DNA of 64,000 nt from Longimicrobiales bacterium (GTDB taxonomy: Bacteria > Gemmatimonadota > Gemmatimonadetes > Longimicrobiales > Gaopeijiaceae), in the NCBI GenBank assembly GCA_965219445.1, contig CBDCNQ010000003.1, positions 32,001 to 96,000 of the forward strand, read 5' to 3'. Each line of letters opens with the position of its first letter. Within the stretch, counting starts at the first letter, position 1. Of the stretch, positions 18,268-29,005 are shown in pieces. The translations under genes and the position numbers were made by a program. The notes under the pieces are model-generated. The model was not told where the DNA came from. It saw only the letters and a list, made by a program, of their open reading frames with translations, and ran no database searches.

Positions 18268-19428
18268 CTAGTACCGGCTGACCGTCAGGCCGAACCCACC
18301 CGGTTGAGGCCGGTCGGAGGCGTTCTCGAAGTATGCGGTGGCACGGAGGAACGACCCGAGCGGAGCGACCACCGGCTCGCGAAAGATATACGGTGTCGGC
18401 CACTCCAGCCGGATGTCCTTGGCGAACAAGAGGATCTCGGTGCCGCCATCAGGCCTGCGAAGGGACACCTCGAGAGACTGGATACCCGGTTCGAGCCGGG
18501 GCAGCAGGGATAGAAGGCGGGTCTCCTCGACGATGGGTGTCTCGGACCGAAAACGCTGCATGGTCGCGCCGGCCGGAACCTCGCCCCTCGCCTCCAGGAC
18601 CAGGTCGGAGGGCACGCTCAGTGCTGTTGCCGGCTCATCGGAGAAGAACAATCCGAGCCTTCCCTCGTCAACCACGCGTTGATCGGAGGCCCCGTAGTGG
18701 ATCTCGGCGAGGACCCTCGCTCCTGCGGCTAGCCTGTAGGTTACGCCTCCAGGCAGGGCCATGAACTCGTGCCACGGTGTCCAGCTTCCCAACCATTGGC
18801 CGGTCCCGTCCACGAAGAAAGTCGCTCCACGTACGACGCGGCGATCGCCCGGCCTGAACTCGATCCCACGAACGCGGCGCTCGGAGGTCAGTTCGAGATC
18901 GAGGACGATCCGCTCGACGCGCTCTTCTTGCTCCGGCTCGACGACCCTCGCCTCGAGGGTTCGGATCAGGCTGGGCTCGCCAAGCTCCCATCGGTCGAAG
19001 TCAGTAGTTGCCGTAGGGGCCTCCAGCGCCTCATCGGGATCTCTCACGTTGAGGAATACTTCCCCCGCGTTTCGTGGACCGAGCCCCTCCACCCATGAGA
19101 TGACGAACTGTGTCTCCCGCAGCGTGAGCCCGTTGTCGTTGACGAACTCTCCGTAACCGGGGACGGCTGCCCACGGAGGCATGTGCCGGGCGAGGACGGC
19201 GGTGCGAATGGGATCCCGACTCAGCCAAGTCTCCTCGTACGTCACCAGCGGCGATGCCAACCCCTCGGCGACGTGACATGTCACGCAGTGAGCGTCGAGG
19301 ATGCGCACGATCTCACGCTCGAAGAGGACTGTGTTGGTCGTCGTCACGTGAGTCAGCCCGCGCGACGGCCAGAAGACCCATCCCGCCAAAACGGATAGGG
19401 CGACGATCACGGGGGCGGGCTTCTTCAT
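18268..19428 (-). CDS. Haem c plus degenerate copper type II monooxygenase-like protein
   Basis: CVTCH, MPPW, EIHYG; homologous to 23770-25107 but lacking the HH, HxH and Met ligands. Confidence 0.7.
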   Translation of the reverse strand: MKKPAPVIVALSVLAGWVFWPSRGLTHVTTTNTVLFEREIVRILDAHCVTCHVAEGLASPLVTYEETWLSRDPIRTAVLARHMPPWAAVPGYGEFVNDNGLTLRETQFVISWVEGLGPRNAGEVFLNVRDPDEALEAPTATTDFDRWELGEPSLIRTLEARVVEPEQEERVERIVLDLELTSERRVRGIEFRPGDRRVVRGATFFVDGTGQWLGSWTPWHEFMALPGGVTYRLAAGARVLAEIHYGASDQRVVDEGRLGLFFSDEPATALSVPSDLVLEARGEVPAGATMQRFRSETPIVEETRLLSLLPRLEPGIQSLEVSLRRPDGGTEILLFAKDIRLEWPTPYIFREPVVAPLGSFLRATAYFENASDRPQPGGFGLTVSRY

Positions 19429-19434
19429 GGTCCG

Positions 19435-20475
19435 CTACTCGGAGGCCGTGACCGTAAAGGTGTAGGCGAACGTATAGACCTCATCGCGACGCTGGAACTG
19501 TGCCCACGCACGGTAAAGCCCCGGCCTCGGCATCAGTCCCTCGAACGTGATCTCCGGCCCACCGCGCAACCTCGAAGCATCGACCCCCATTGGGAGCATC
19601 AAAGCCAACGGCCCGGTCTCCTCGTCGGAGTTCTCCAAGTCGAGCGGGTGGGAGTGGACGTAGTGGACCAGATCGTCACTCATGATCAGCATATGACCGA
19701 ATGAGCCGAGGTACGGCTGGAGATCCGTCACCGGGCGCCCGGTTTCTGTCTCGGTCAGCTCGAACTTCAGGTGACCGTACAGTCCTGCAACGAACCTGTC
19801 GGGATCATAGGTGGCCCTGGCGGTGAGATCGCCGACCGACTTCGTGGGAGTGGTATCGGCAGCCACGCGCGCCGCGTCGGCCATCAGATCGCCGTCATAG
19901 TTGGCTGTGACCAAGGGCCGGGCGATGAATTGGGACGACCCGCCGTTCGGGACGAAGTCGGAAAGCAGCTTGTAATATCCGTCTTTGGGAAACGTCACTT
20001 CAATGGACCAGGAGCCATCGGGACCCTGCTCCGGATGAAGGTGCTCGAAGTGCTCCATGTCCTGGCTGATGACGAACAGGTGATAGCGCCTGTCGTGCAC
20101 GGTCACGAAGTCCCTCACCTGCTCACCCGTGCCAGGGTGGAGGATCCGGAACCTCAACCTCGCAGCCTCACCGGCGCGGACCACCGCGGGTTCGGTCTCG
20201 AACTCCAGCTCGTAGTCGCGAACGTCGTAGGGGTTCGCCTCGACCAGCATCATGCCGTCGCGGGGACACGTCCCGCCGATCTCAGACGTATAGTCCGGAT
20301 GGATGGGGCACACGTAGGCGACTTCCTCATCGGGATCCAATATGGGGGGCCCCATCTGAATCTCCGTGACCGGCACGTCCGCGACCGGCAGGGCCCTTCG
20401 TACTACGATCACGACCGTCGTCACCGCGGCCACGAGCAGGACCAGAACGATCCCAGATGTCAGTCTGGAGTTCAT
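19435..20475 (-). CDS. Heavy-metal-binding domain protein
   Basis: YVCPIHP...GTCPRDGMML, HLF...FEHLHP, GHM...YVHSHP. Confidence 0.75.
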   Translation of the reverse strand: MNSRLTSGIVLVLLVAAVTTVVIVVRRALPVADVPVTEIQMGPPILDPDEEVAYVCPIHPDYTSEIGGTCPRDGMMLVEANPYDVRDYELEFETEPAVVRAGEAARLRFRILHPGTGEQVRDFVTVHDRRYHLFVISQDMEHFEHLHPEQGPDGSWSIEVTFPKDGYYKLLSDFVPNGGSSQFIARPLVTANYDGDLMADAARVAADTTPTKSVGDLTARATYDPDRFVAGLYGHLKFELTETETGRPVTDLQPYLGSFGHMLIMSDDLVHYVHSHPLDLENSDEETGPLALMLPMGVDASRLRGGPEITFEGLMPRPGLYRAWAQFQRRDEVYTFAYTFTVTASE

Positions 20476-20490
20476 TCGAGCCCGAGCCCG

Positions 20491-22453
20491 CTACCGGTGC
20501 GGGCTCGTGGCATTGCCCTCGTAGGTGCCCGACCCCTGACCCGGCAGCTCGTCGCTGCGCGGCCCCGTGTACCGGGCCACACGGAGTCCCGTGTCGCTAT
20601 CGGTCCAGTAGATGAGTCCATCCTTGAAGACCGGATAGCTTCGCGTGATGCCGTGGGGAAGGGTAAGCGCGTACCCGACCTCGCGCGGATTGTAGGGGTT
20701 CGAAATGTCGATCGCCCGAAGTCCGTGCCCGTACCAGCTCGTAAACACCAGGTTTCTGAAGATGGTGGGGTTGTGATTCTGCTGCGGAACCCTCCGCCGC
20801 GGCTCGCCGTTGGGCTCGGTGTTCGCCTGGGTCAGGCATTCATCCATCTGGTTGTCCGGGATAGCGAACGCTCCGACCATGACCGGTGTCGTTTCCGACT
20901 CGACCGAAACGATGCGGGCGTGCATCAACGGACATCCACCGTTTTCGTCGCTCAGCCATACATAGGCGGGCCGGCCGTTCGCATTGCCCCGTACTTGGGC
21001 AGGACGCTCGGGCACGAAGACGGCACTGTGAATGCCGGTCCGAGGAGCTGAAGGGGGGTTGCACATCGATCCGGGAACGCGTCATCAGGACCAGGTACCG
21101 TGCGGTTTTCGCGGCGTCCGAGGCGCCGGACTCGAGAAACGCCTCGAGGCCCGGATCGTCGTTGACGGCCATGTGCACGCAATCGCGGGCGATATCACCC
21201 AATCGCGTAGCGTCGAGGACTCCGCCGGCCGACGCCACGGTGGAGCGTGGGTTGCAACCGGCGGTGCCCGTAAGCAGATCCTCGTTTCGGGCATGGGCAA
21301 CGCCCGAGGAGTTCAGAACGTAAAAGCCTGCGTTGCCTCCCGCGACGTATACGCGCTCACCATCATCAGACACGGACAGCGAGTGTAACATGTTGTTTTG
21401 CCGCTCCTGGTTGTTACCCGGTCGGCCGGAGCGGTTGGTCGAGGCGCTGAAGTCGGCGAAGCGGCCATCGCCAAAAAGCCCGGTCTTGTCCGCGCGCTCG
21501 TTGAGTGGGGGGCCACCCACGTCCTGCAGGCTGAAGCCTGCGAGCACTGACGGATGCTCCAGCATTTCCCCGCTGTCTTCGTCCGTGACGCCCAGAACGA
21601 TCGCGTCGGGGATGCTGAGGCCGGGATTCGCCGGATCGGGCAGTCCGCCGCCCGAAAACATCGCTACGTAGACGAGGATGCGGTCGGGGTTCGCGGGGTC
21701 ATGCCAGAGGAAGAACTCGTGCGATGGTCCGCTGAAATCGTACGTCTCGCTCTGTTGGATGGGCAGGCAGGTATCCATGTCGATTTCGTAGGTTTGCAGC
21801 ACTCCGACCGTTCTCGTGCCAGCGTTGCGCACTAGAATCTGACGTTCTTCCCCCGCCGACGTCGCATAGATGAGAGAGCGAAGTTCACGGTCATCGAATC
21901 CCTCGTTGCCGATCGCCATCGCGGGAATCTCTCCCACCTGGACTGGGGGCATCGTCTCCGGATCCGGCTGGATCTTGAAGATGTTGATCGCGTGGGTCGA
22001 GCCCGGTCCGTTACGATGGCCGACGTATAGGCACTGACCGGCAATACCGAGCCCCCGTGCGTCCCCAGCTCCGTCGAGATCGCCACCGCGCCAGGCGCCG
22101 GTGCCTGGATCACGCTCCGAGGGGATGGTGAGGACCCAATGGATGCTCTCGAAATTCCGGAAGAGGTGGAGCTCCGTCTCGAGTACGGCGAATCCCGCCC
22201 GGGCGTCCGCCTCCGACGAGAAAGGATCCAGCTGTCCCTGAGCACCCACACGGACGGAGGGCATCTGACCGATCGGCGTGTCGAATGTGCTCGGCTGGCA
22301 TCCCGCCGGATCACCCGAGTAATCGACGCACTGCCGGTTGTCCGGCGACCCCGGTCGAAGGCCGCTTTCACTCGAGCAACTCGCGAGAAAAACGGCCATG
22401 AGGCAGCACGTCGCGAGGCCGCGGAATGAATGAGTAGCTCCTTGGGTGGCCAT
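20491..22453 (-). pseudogene. LVIVD-repeat lipoprotein, frameshifted near 21040-21058
   Basis: Lipobox LASC, HEFFLWHDP, HSLSVSDDG; C-terminus SWYGHGLRAIDISNP is in another frame. Confidence 0.7.
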
Positions 22454-22696
22454 CGATCCTCCCCTGGTCAGCGGTGGCGACCTCACGTCACCAATATCGC
22501 CGGCTCTGAGTGTACGATTGAAGCTGAGGGTAGACCTTGACATTGCTGGATTTCCATCATAAATGAGCGGCATGGGCTGCATCTCTTGACGAGAGCCCTT
22601 TTGATGGGTCGGGGTAAGGTGACGGGCTGGACAAAGCCGGTCAATATGAGGCCTCTTGCGCGAGGCGCTCGAGGGTTCTATCTGATTTGACGGGGA

Positions 22697-22736
22697 GCGC
22701 CAACCCTGTAGGTTAATCGCGCCAACCCTGTACGTT
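22697..22736. promoter_or_regulatory. Direct-repeat regulator site overlapping a putative promoter
   Basis: GCGCCAACCCTGTA(G/C)GTT twice with 22 bp period, TTGACG at 22687, in a divergent intergenic region. Confidence 0.5.
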
Positions 22737-22848
22737 TGATTGGGTACAAGAGTTAAGTTAGAGGTTCTTTACGTTCGTCCCGATGCGGGCACGTCAGCGA
22801 TCGGAACGGGGAGTTTCTGTACAAGAGAGTGAAGGAAGGAGGAGTTTC

Positions 22849-23751
22849 ATGAGGAGGACGCGTAACGTCGTTATGGCGTTGACGGCACTCACGATGGTGC
22901 CGTGGTCTCCTCTCGTGGGCCAGGTTGATAGGTTCGGGGGACAGGACGAACAGTTCGCCGACCAGTGGGCGCTCACGCCCTACCAATTCAGCCTGGTGAC
23001 CCTCAGGCCCAGGGGTCAGCCACTCATTCCCCTGTTCGAGGGTTGGTTCCCGAATCCGGATGGGACGTACGGCCTCTCCTTCAGTTACTTCAATATGAAC
23101 TTCGAGGAGACGTTCCACATTCCGATCGGACCGGACAACTTCCTCGAGCCCGCCGAATACAACGGGATGCAGCCGACGTACTTCATGACAGCGCAGCCCC
23201 GGGAGCGGGAGGGAGAACAGAGACACTATCGGCACCAGGCCGTCTTCACCGTGGACGTACCGGCGGATTTCGGGACGAATGATGTGATCTGGAACTTGCG
23301 TTACAAGGGCAAGGAGCTCCGCGTCCCGGGGCGACTCACGGTGGAAGGCAGTCGGATCGAAAATCTTACAGCCAGCACGAGCGCGCCGGAGGCACCGGTG
23401 CTCCAGTTCGAGCCCTCGGGCCCGGAGGGCAGAGGGCGATCCGGCGTAACGCTGGGTCCACTCACCGTCGCAGTAGGTGAGCCGTTGCCTTTGACTGTAT
23501 GGCTCGACCCGCTTTCCCGCACGGAGGGGGAGTTCATCGTTTTCTGGTTCGAGCACCAGGGACCTGTCGGCGTCGACTTCGAGGAGCGACGGTTCGACTT
23601 GCCGGCGGGCGGGGGCCAGGTGACGACGACCGCCAAATTCAGCGAGCCCGGGGAATACATGCTCCGGGTCACGGCGCTCGAAACGCTTTCTTCGATGGTG
23701 CAGCATTGCTGTTATACGAACAACTACGTGAAGATTACCGTCACCCCATAA
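22849..23751 (+). CDS. Secreted hypothetical protein (Ig-like C-terminus)
   Basis: Strong RBS, signal peptide, PLFEGW.NPDGT, C-terminal QHCCYTN. Confidence 0.8.
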   Translation: MRRTRNVVMALTALTMVPWSPLVGQVDRFGGQDEQFADQWALTPYQFSLVTLRPRGQPLIPLFEGWFPNPDGTYGLSFSYFNMNFEETFHIPIGPDNFLEPAEYNGMQPTYFMTAQPREREGEQRHYRHQAVFTVDVPADFGTNDVIWNLRYKGKELRVPGRLTVEGSRIENLTASTSAPEAPVLQFEPSGPEGRGRSGVTLGPLTVAVGEPLPLTVWLDPLSRTEGEFIVFWFEHQGPVGVDFEERRFDLPAGGGQVTTTAKFSEPGEYMLRVTALETLSSMVQHCCYTNNYVKITVTP

Positions 23752-23769
23752 CAAAAGGGGAAACACATT

Positions 23770-25107
23770 ATGGACCGCATGACAAACATGACAAAGCAGA
23801 GGGCGTCGCATGGCCTTTGGATCACGGCCCCGATCTTCCTTCTGATGGCTGTGCTCCAGCCGCAGCCCGCGTTCGGACAGGACGCCACGTGGGCTGAGCA
23901 TGTCGCACCTATCATGTACGCGTCGTGCGTGGAGTGTCATCAGCCGGAAGGCATCGGCCCCATGTCGCTTCTCGACTACGAGACGGCCAGGACATACGCG
24001 CCGTTGATCAAGTTCATGGTCGAGACGCGCCAGATGCCGCCGTGGCACATCGACAAAGACGTGGGGATTCAGGAGTTCAAGAACGACATCTCCCTCTCGG
24101 ACGAAGAGATCCAGAGAGTCGTCGCGTGGGCTGACGCCGGTGCGCCGCAGGGAAACATGTCGCTGGCTCCGCCCGTTCCCGTGATGCCGTCCGGCGCCGA
24201 CTGGCGGCTTGCAGAGCGGTTCGGCCCGCCGGATCTGATCATCAGGTCGGATCCGTTCGACGTGCCGGCGAGCGGCCTGGACAACTGGTGGCCCCATCAG
24301 GTGGAGGTGGAGGGACTCGACGGCCCTCGGTGGGTCATGGCGAACGAGACTAAGCCTTCCTATCCCTTGGGCAAGAGGGTCGTCCATCACGCGAACAGCA
24401 GCCTCATTACGGAGGACGGTCGGAACGGCTTTTCCAACTACGGGATCGGCAAGCCCTTCGACATCTACCCTGAGAATACAGGGGCGCTGATCCAGCCGGG
24501 AAACCGCCTGAGCTTCAACATCCACTACTACCCCAACGGTGAGGCCGTTGAGGGCGACGTCGTCGAAGTCGGACTATGGTTCTACCCGGAGGGCGAGGAG
24601 CCCCGGTTCAAGACGAGGGGCGATGTCTCCTGGAGCTCACAGCGGCAGTACGAAGGCGACGATGGCATGACTCTGCAGCAGATCGTCATCCCGCCCCACG
24701 GCCGTACGATAACTCAAGGGTTCCACGTGCTGGAAGAGAATACGCGAATCCACAGCTGCCGTGGCCACATGCACCTGCACGGTGCGGCACAGTCGATGGA
24801 AGCGATCTTTCCCGACGGTCACATGGAAATTCTGTGCAAGGTGAACTGGAACGGTGAATGGCACATCACGTACCTCTTCGAAGACGACGTGATGCCGTTG
24901 CTGCCCAAGGGCACGGTGCTCGTTCTCACGGCCTGGTATGACAACACGGCCGCCAATCCGGTGAACCCCGATCCAGACCAGTGGGTGATCTTCGGCAGGC
25001 GCAGTGCCGACGAGATGTCGCACATGTGGATCGGCGCCACCTATCTGAACGACGAGGACTTCGAATACCTGAAGGCCCAGCGGCCGCAGTTGCTTCTGGA
25101 GCCGTAA
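23770..25107 (+). CDS. Haem c-fused copper type II (PHM-like) monooxygenase
   Basis: CVECH; VVHHA and NIHY (CuH-type), GHMH and DEM (CuM-type) in PHM order. Confidence 0.82.
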   Translation: MDRMTNMTKQRASHGLWITAPIFLLMAVLQPQPAFGQDATWAEHVAPIMYASCVECHQPEGIGPMSLLDYETARTYAPLIKFMVETRQMPPWHIDKDVGIQEFKNDISLSDEEIQRVVAWADAGAPQGNMSLAPPVPVMPSGADWRLAERFGPPDLIIRSDPFDVPASGLDNWWPHQVEVEGLDGPRWVMANETKPSYPLGKRVVHHANSSLITEDGRNGFSNYGIGKPFDIYPENTGALIQPGNRLSFNIHYYPNGEAVEGDVVEVGLWFYPEGEEPRFKTRGDVSWSSQRQYEGDDGMTLQQIVIPPHGRTITQGFHVLEENTRIHSCRGHMHLHGAAQSMEAIFPDGHMEILCKVNWNGEWHITYLFEDDVMPLLPKGTVLVLTAWYDNTAANPVNPDPDQWVIFGRRSADEMSHMWIGATYLNDEDFEYLKAQRPQLLLEP

Positions 25108-25165
25108 GAGCCCTCGATACCCTCGGTCGACGGCCGGAGGTAGCGGCAAGGAGTCGTCAAGAAGA

Positions 25166-25207
25166 GCGCCCGGGCGCGGATCACTCCGCGTCCGGGCGCA
25201 TTTTCTT
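25166..25207 (+). terminator. Intrinsic terminator
   Basis: GCGCCCGGGCGCGGA-TCAC-TCCGCGTCCGGGCGC followed by ATTTTCTT. Confidence 0.7.
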
Positions 25208-25262
25208 ATGCTCTTTCGTATGCTTTCCTTCGGTGCTAGGCCCTGATTTCCAGTCGAGCCCC

Positions 25263-25916
25263 CTACCTGAGCATCCTCGGAAGTCCCTCTGCCTCGAGGA
25301 GGAGATAGACGTGTGCTTCGAGCTGCTGTAGGCCCGCCTCCCCTTCCAGCGCCAACCGCCCATCACCGTCCGAGTCCGCGCCTTCACCGATCTGGTACAT
25401 CAAGAGGCGCAACTGGGCGACGAGTGGCGAGGCCCGCCGCATCGACGGCGCCGCCTGCAGCGCCCGAGCGACAGCCGCCGCTTCTTCTCCGCGCCGCGCG
25501 ACTGTGCCAGCGATCGTGGTGATGTGCTGCGCGTGAGTGCGCACGCCCGCTGAGGCACCGTCCGAGTTCGCCGCCAACCCGATGTGGGTTGCCACGCCTT
25601 CGGTGGCGGGGATGAGACCGAAGCCCAGCCCAGGCCCCCGGCTTCCTTCAGCCGGGTCGAGTGCATGGAGAACGTGACCTGCGTGCCGTTGCATCGCCGC
25701 AAGGTTGCTGAGATCGCCGGCCGCAAAATTGGCATGCAGCATCGCGATTCCCAATTCGGTCGCGGCCGTGGCGGCGAGACCCTGTCCATCAGGGGCCCGG
25801 CCGAAGCTGGTGGCGACATGCCCAACGTGGGCATTCTGAGCCACCACCGAGGTTCCCGGGAGCGCCACGGAGAGCGTCACGACGAAGGCGCCGAAATCGC
25901 AAAGACGGATTTTCAT
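25263..25916 (-). CDS. Secreted His-rich helical hypothetical protein
   Basis: Signal peptide; paralog of 30395-31048. Confidence 0.75.
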   Translation of the reverse strand: MKIRLCDFGAFVVTLSVALPGTSVVAQNAHVGHVATSFGRAPDGQGLAATAATELGIAMLHANFAAGDLSNLAAMQRHAGHVLHALDPAEGSRGPGLGFGLIPATEGVATHIGLAANSDGASAGVRTHAQHITTIAGTVARRGEEAAAVARALQAAPSMRRASPLVAQLRLLMYQIGEGADSDGDGRLALEGEAGLQQLEAHVYLLLEAEGLPRMLR

Positions 25917-25928
25917 GGTTGGGTCTCC

Positions 25929-26957
25929 TTAGAAGTTGGGAACGTGTTTTTCGAGCATCCGCCTACGAACAACCGCCCCATAGACGTTCCCTTCGGAATC
26001 CACCCCGACGCCTTCCGCCCCACTGTGCTCGATCGAGGTGGATTCGATGTCCTCGATGAGGTACAGAACCGTACCGTCCCGCGCGTCACCCACGCGGATG
26101 CCTTTCTTCCATCCCGGGTTGTCGGTCCCCCACGATTCGGAATCGGCGACATAGATCATGTCATCGTCGGATATGGCGATGCCGCTGGGGCGACTGAACT
26201 GGTACCAGACGTCGAGGAAATTCCCCTGCTGATCGAAGATCTGAATCCGGTTGTTCATACGATCCCCGACGAACACGCGGCCTTGCGAGTCGAGGGCGAT
26301 CGTATGCGGCACGATGAACTCCCCCTCGCCCGAGCCCGTCGTTCCCCAAGACATGATGAACCTACCGTCGCTCGAGTACTTCGAGACTCGGTTGCCACCC
26401 TGACCGTGACCCTCAGTGACGAAGAAGTTGCCGTTCGGGGCCACCACCAGGTCCGTCGGCTGGGTGAGAAGCCTGGGTGGATCCCCCTGAGTGCCCTTCT
26501 GGCCGAGCGTCATCAGGAGCTCACCCTCCGCGGTCCACTTGAACACCTGGTGGCCGCGCTGATCGCTTGCCCACACGTTTCCTTCGTCGTCCACGTCGAA
26601 CCCGTGCGGGAAATCCATCATCCCCGAACCCCACGTCTTCAGTACTCTTCCGGAATGATCGAGCTTCAGGACCGGTGGTTCGGATCGTCCGGTGCACGAG
26701 TTCTGGAGGCAGCGGCCCAGAAGGTAGATGTTACCGTCGGGACCCTGTTCCGCTCCGATGAACGACGCCCGCTCATCGTACGGACCAGTGGGGAGCTCGC
26801 CCCATGGATGGACTCGCCCGTAGGGGTTAGGCAGTGCGTTGGTCGGGCTGATCTGCGACTGGTCCTGTAACTGGGCCAGCACCTCTCCCGACTGTAGCGC
26901 CGGTACTCCAACGAGCGCGGCACTTGCCAGGAGTGCCGTTCGAATCGAACGAAGCAT
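25929..26957 (-). CDS. NHL-repeat PAL-like beta-propeller protein
   Basis: FPHG, VPHTI, VGDRMNNRIQIFD. Confidence 0.85.
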   Translation of the reverse strand: MLRSIRTALLASAALVGVPALQSGEVLAQLQDQSQISPTNALPNPYGRVHPWGELPTGPYDERASFIGAEQGPDGNIYLLGRCLQNSCTGRSEPPVLKLDHSGRVLKTWGSGMMDFPHGFDVDDEGNVWASDQRGHQVFKWTAEGELLMTLGQKGTQGDPPRLLTQPTDLVVAPNGNFFVTEGHGQGGNRVSKYSSDGRFIMSWGTTGSGEGEFIVPHTIALDSQGRVFVGDRMNNRIQIFDQQGNFLDVWYQFSRPSGIAISDDDMIYVADSESWGTDNPGWKKGIRVGDARDGTVLYLIEDIESTSIEHSGAEGVGVDSEGNVYGAVVRRRMLEKHVPNF

Positions 26958-27151
26958 CGAACTCCTCCTTAAAGAGAACGACGAAGAGGACGGCGAGACG
27001 GCAAAGAGCCGTCCGGGCCTAGCCAAGGTAGAAGGGGATCTTGTGGAGCGCGAGGCCAGGAACGTAGCCGGGGTCGCATCGCCGCGTGGGTGAGAGTACG
27101 TTGCATCGTCCTGCTTTCAGGCCGACCCGCCCCGCGAAGTTGGAGGACCCC

Positions 27152-28873
27152 TTGAAGATTCGAACCCTCATGCTTGAACTCTGCCTTCCCTGGGCGATGC
27201 TCGCCATCCTCGTCGTGGGAACCGAGGCAGTGGCCCAAACGCAGCTACCGGAGTGGGAGCCGATCACGATGGAGCGGCTGCTGAACCCGGAGGACGGCGA
27301 CTGGCTGAACTACCGGCGCACCTATGACGTGTTCGGCTTCAGCCCCCTGGAACAGATCAACAGGACGAACGTTCAAGATCTTCGACCGGTCTGGTCCTAC
27401 TCGATGCGGGATAACAGCCGATGGATACCCACGCCGGTTGTCGCGAACGGGCTCATGTATGTCGCCGAGGGCAGCGGCCGCGTAGTCGCCTTCGACGTAG
27501 TCTCGGGTGACGTCGCGTGGATACACGAGCGGAGCTATCCCGAGGACATCCAGGTTTCCCAGGCCTACCGCCGGCACCGTGGTGTCTCCGTCTACGACGA
27601 CAAGATCTACTGGGGGACGGCCGACTCCTACCTGGTCGCCCTGGACGCGCGCACGGGGGAACAGATCTGGGAGGTCAGGACGGGTGACTACCATACGGGC
27701 ATAGGCCACAACCACCCTCCCTTGATCGCCGAAGGCAAGATCATCCTGGGATTCACCGGGGGTGACCGTGGCGCCCGCGGTACAATCGCCGCGCACGATC
27801 CCCAGAGTGGTGAGCTGATCTGGAAGACCTACACCGTTCCCGCCCCGGGTGAGCCCGGTTCGGAGAGCTGGAAGGATAGTGACTACCCACCACTCGGTGG
27901 GGCGACGTGGGGCACGCAAAGTTACGATCCCGAGTTGGGGTTCGTCTATTTCGGCACCGGTCAGCCGAGGCCCTGGTCTTCGACGCTTCGCGGTCTTGGC
28001 GATGCGTTGTACACGAACTCGGTCATCGCGCTCGACATCGAGAACGGCGAGATGCAGTGGTACTTTCAGGTCGTTCCGGAAGACAATTGGGACATGGACT
28101 CCCCGTACGAGAGCACCTTGGTCGATCTGGTCATCAATGGGGAAGTCCGTCAGGTCCTCATCCATACCAGCAAGATTGGTTGGGGCGTCGTGTTGGACCG
28201 GGAGACGGGCAACTTCATTCACTCATTCAGGACCGCCTACGACAATCTCATTATGGGTTGGACCGAAGAGGGGCGCCCGATCTTCAACCCGGATCAGATC
28301 CCTACACCGGCGGATGTCGACTCCGACAAAGTCTTCGAGGTGTGCCCGCACTATCACGGGGCGAGGAATCTGAATTCGCCGAGCTACAGTCCGCTCACGG
28401 GACTGTATTACATGGGCCTCAACAACAGCTGCATGGACGTCAATTTCGTCTCGGAGGAGCCGGGAGGGAGATACGCTGGCATGAGAGGCAGTCCCAAACT
28501 GGTGCCCGGCTACGACCACGTAGGGGAGTTCGTAGCCTTCGATCCGATCACGGGGGAGCGGGCATGGGAGTACCGACTGCCGAGCGGGGCCGCGATGACG
28601 GCCGCCGCGCTGGCGACGGCAGGTGGCGTCGTGTTCGGGGGAGCTGCGGATCGTCGGTTTTTTGCACTCGACACGGACACGGGGGAGGCCCTTTGGGAGA
28701 TGCGCTTGAACGGCGACATATCCGGTGCCCCGGTCACCTTCGAGGTCGGGGGGAGGCAGTATGTCGCTGTCGGCGCGGGTGGTCGTATCGCCCAGACAAC
28801 TTCGTACGCTCGGCTGACGGGTGAGAATATTCCGCAAGGAAGCGGCGTCATGTGGGTGTTCGCCCTGCCATAG
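27152..28873 (+). CDS. PQQ-dependent alcohol-dehydrogenase-like quinoprotein
   Basis: FSPLEQINRTNV, GGATW..SYDP, DNWDMD, GRQYVAV; no vicinal CC; TTG start after GGAGG. Confidence 0.88.
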   Translation: MKIRTLMLELCLPWAMLAILVVGTEAVAQTQLPEWEPITMERLLNPEDGDWLNYRRTYDVFGFSPLEQINRTNVQDLRPVWSYSMRDNSRWIPTPVVANGLMYVAEGSGRVVAFDVVSGDVAWIHERSYPEDIQVSQAYRRHRGVSVYDDKIYWGTADSYLVALDARTGEQIWEVRTGDYHTGIGHNHPPLIAEGKIILGFTGGDRGARGTIAAHDPQSGELIWKTYTVPAPGEPGSESWKDSDYPPLGGATWGTQSYDPELGFVYFGTGQPRPWSSTLRGLGDALYTNSVIALDIENGEMQWYFQVVPEDNWDMDSPYESTLVDLVINGEVRQVLIHTSKIGWGVVLDRETGNFIHSFRTAYDNLIMGWTEEGRPIFNPDQIPTPADVDSDKVFEVCPHYHGARNLNSPSYSPLTGLYYMGLNNSCMDVNFVSEEPGGRYAGMRGSPKLVPGYDHVGEFVAFDPITGERAWEYRLPSGAAMTAAALATAGGVVFGGAADRRFFALDTDTGEALWEMRLNGDISGAPVTFEVGGRQYVAVGAGGRIAQTTSYARLTGENIPQGSGVMWVFALP

Positions 28874-29005
28874 ACCAAACAGCTCGGTGCTTGACAGAGA
28901 CGGTGGCCCCGCTTCATTTGTGTTGCGATGGAAGAGTGGGCCCAAATTCCTGCCTAGCCCCGGACGCGTAGCCCGGTGGTGATTCCTGACTTGGGAGGTA
29001 GCAAA

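Noticed and set aside
22753..24525. Long antisense ORFs (also 42246-44153, 25584-26870, 19771-21051)
   Set aside because: They mirror well-supported genes on the opposite strand, as is typical of high-GC codon bias
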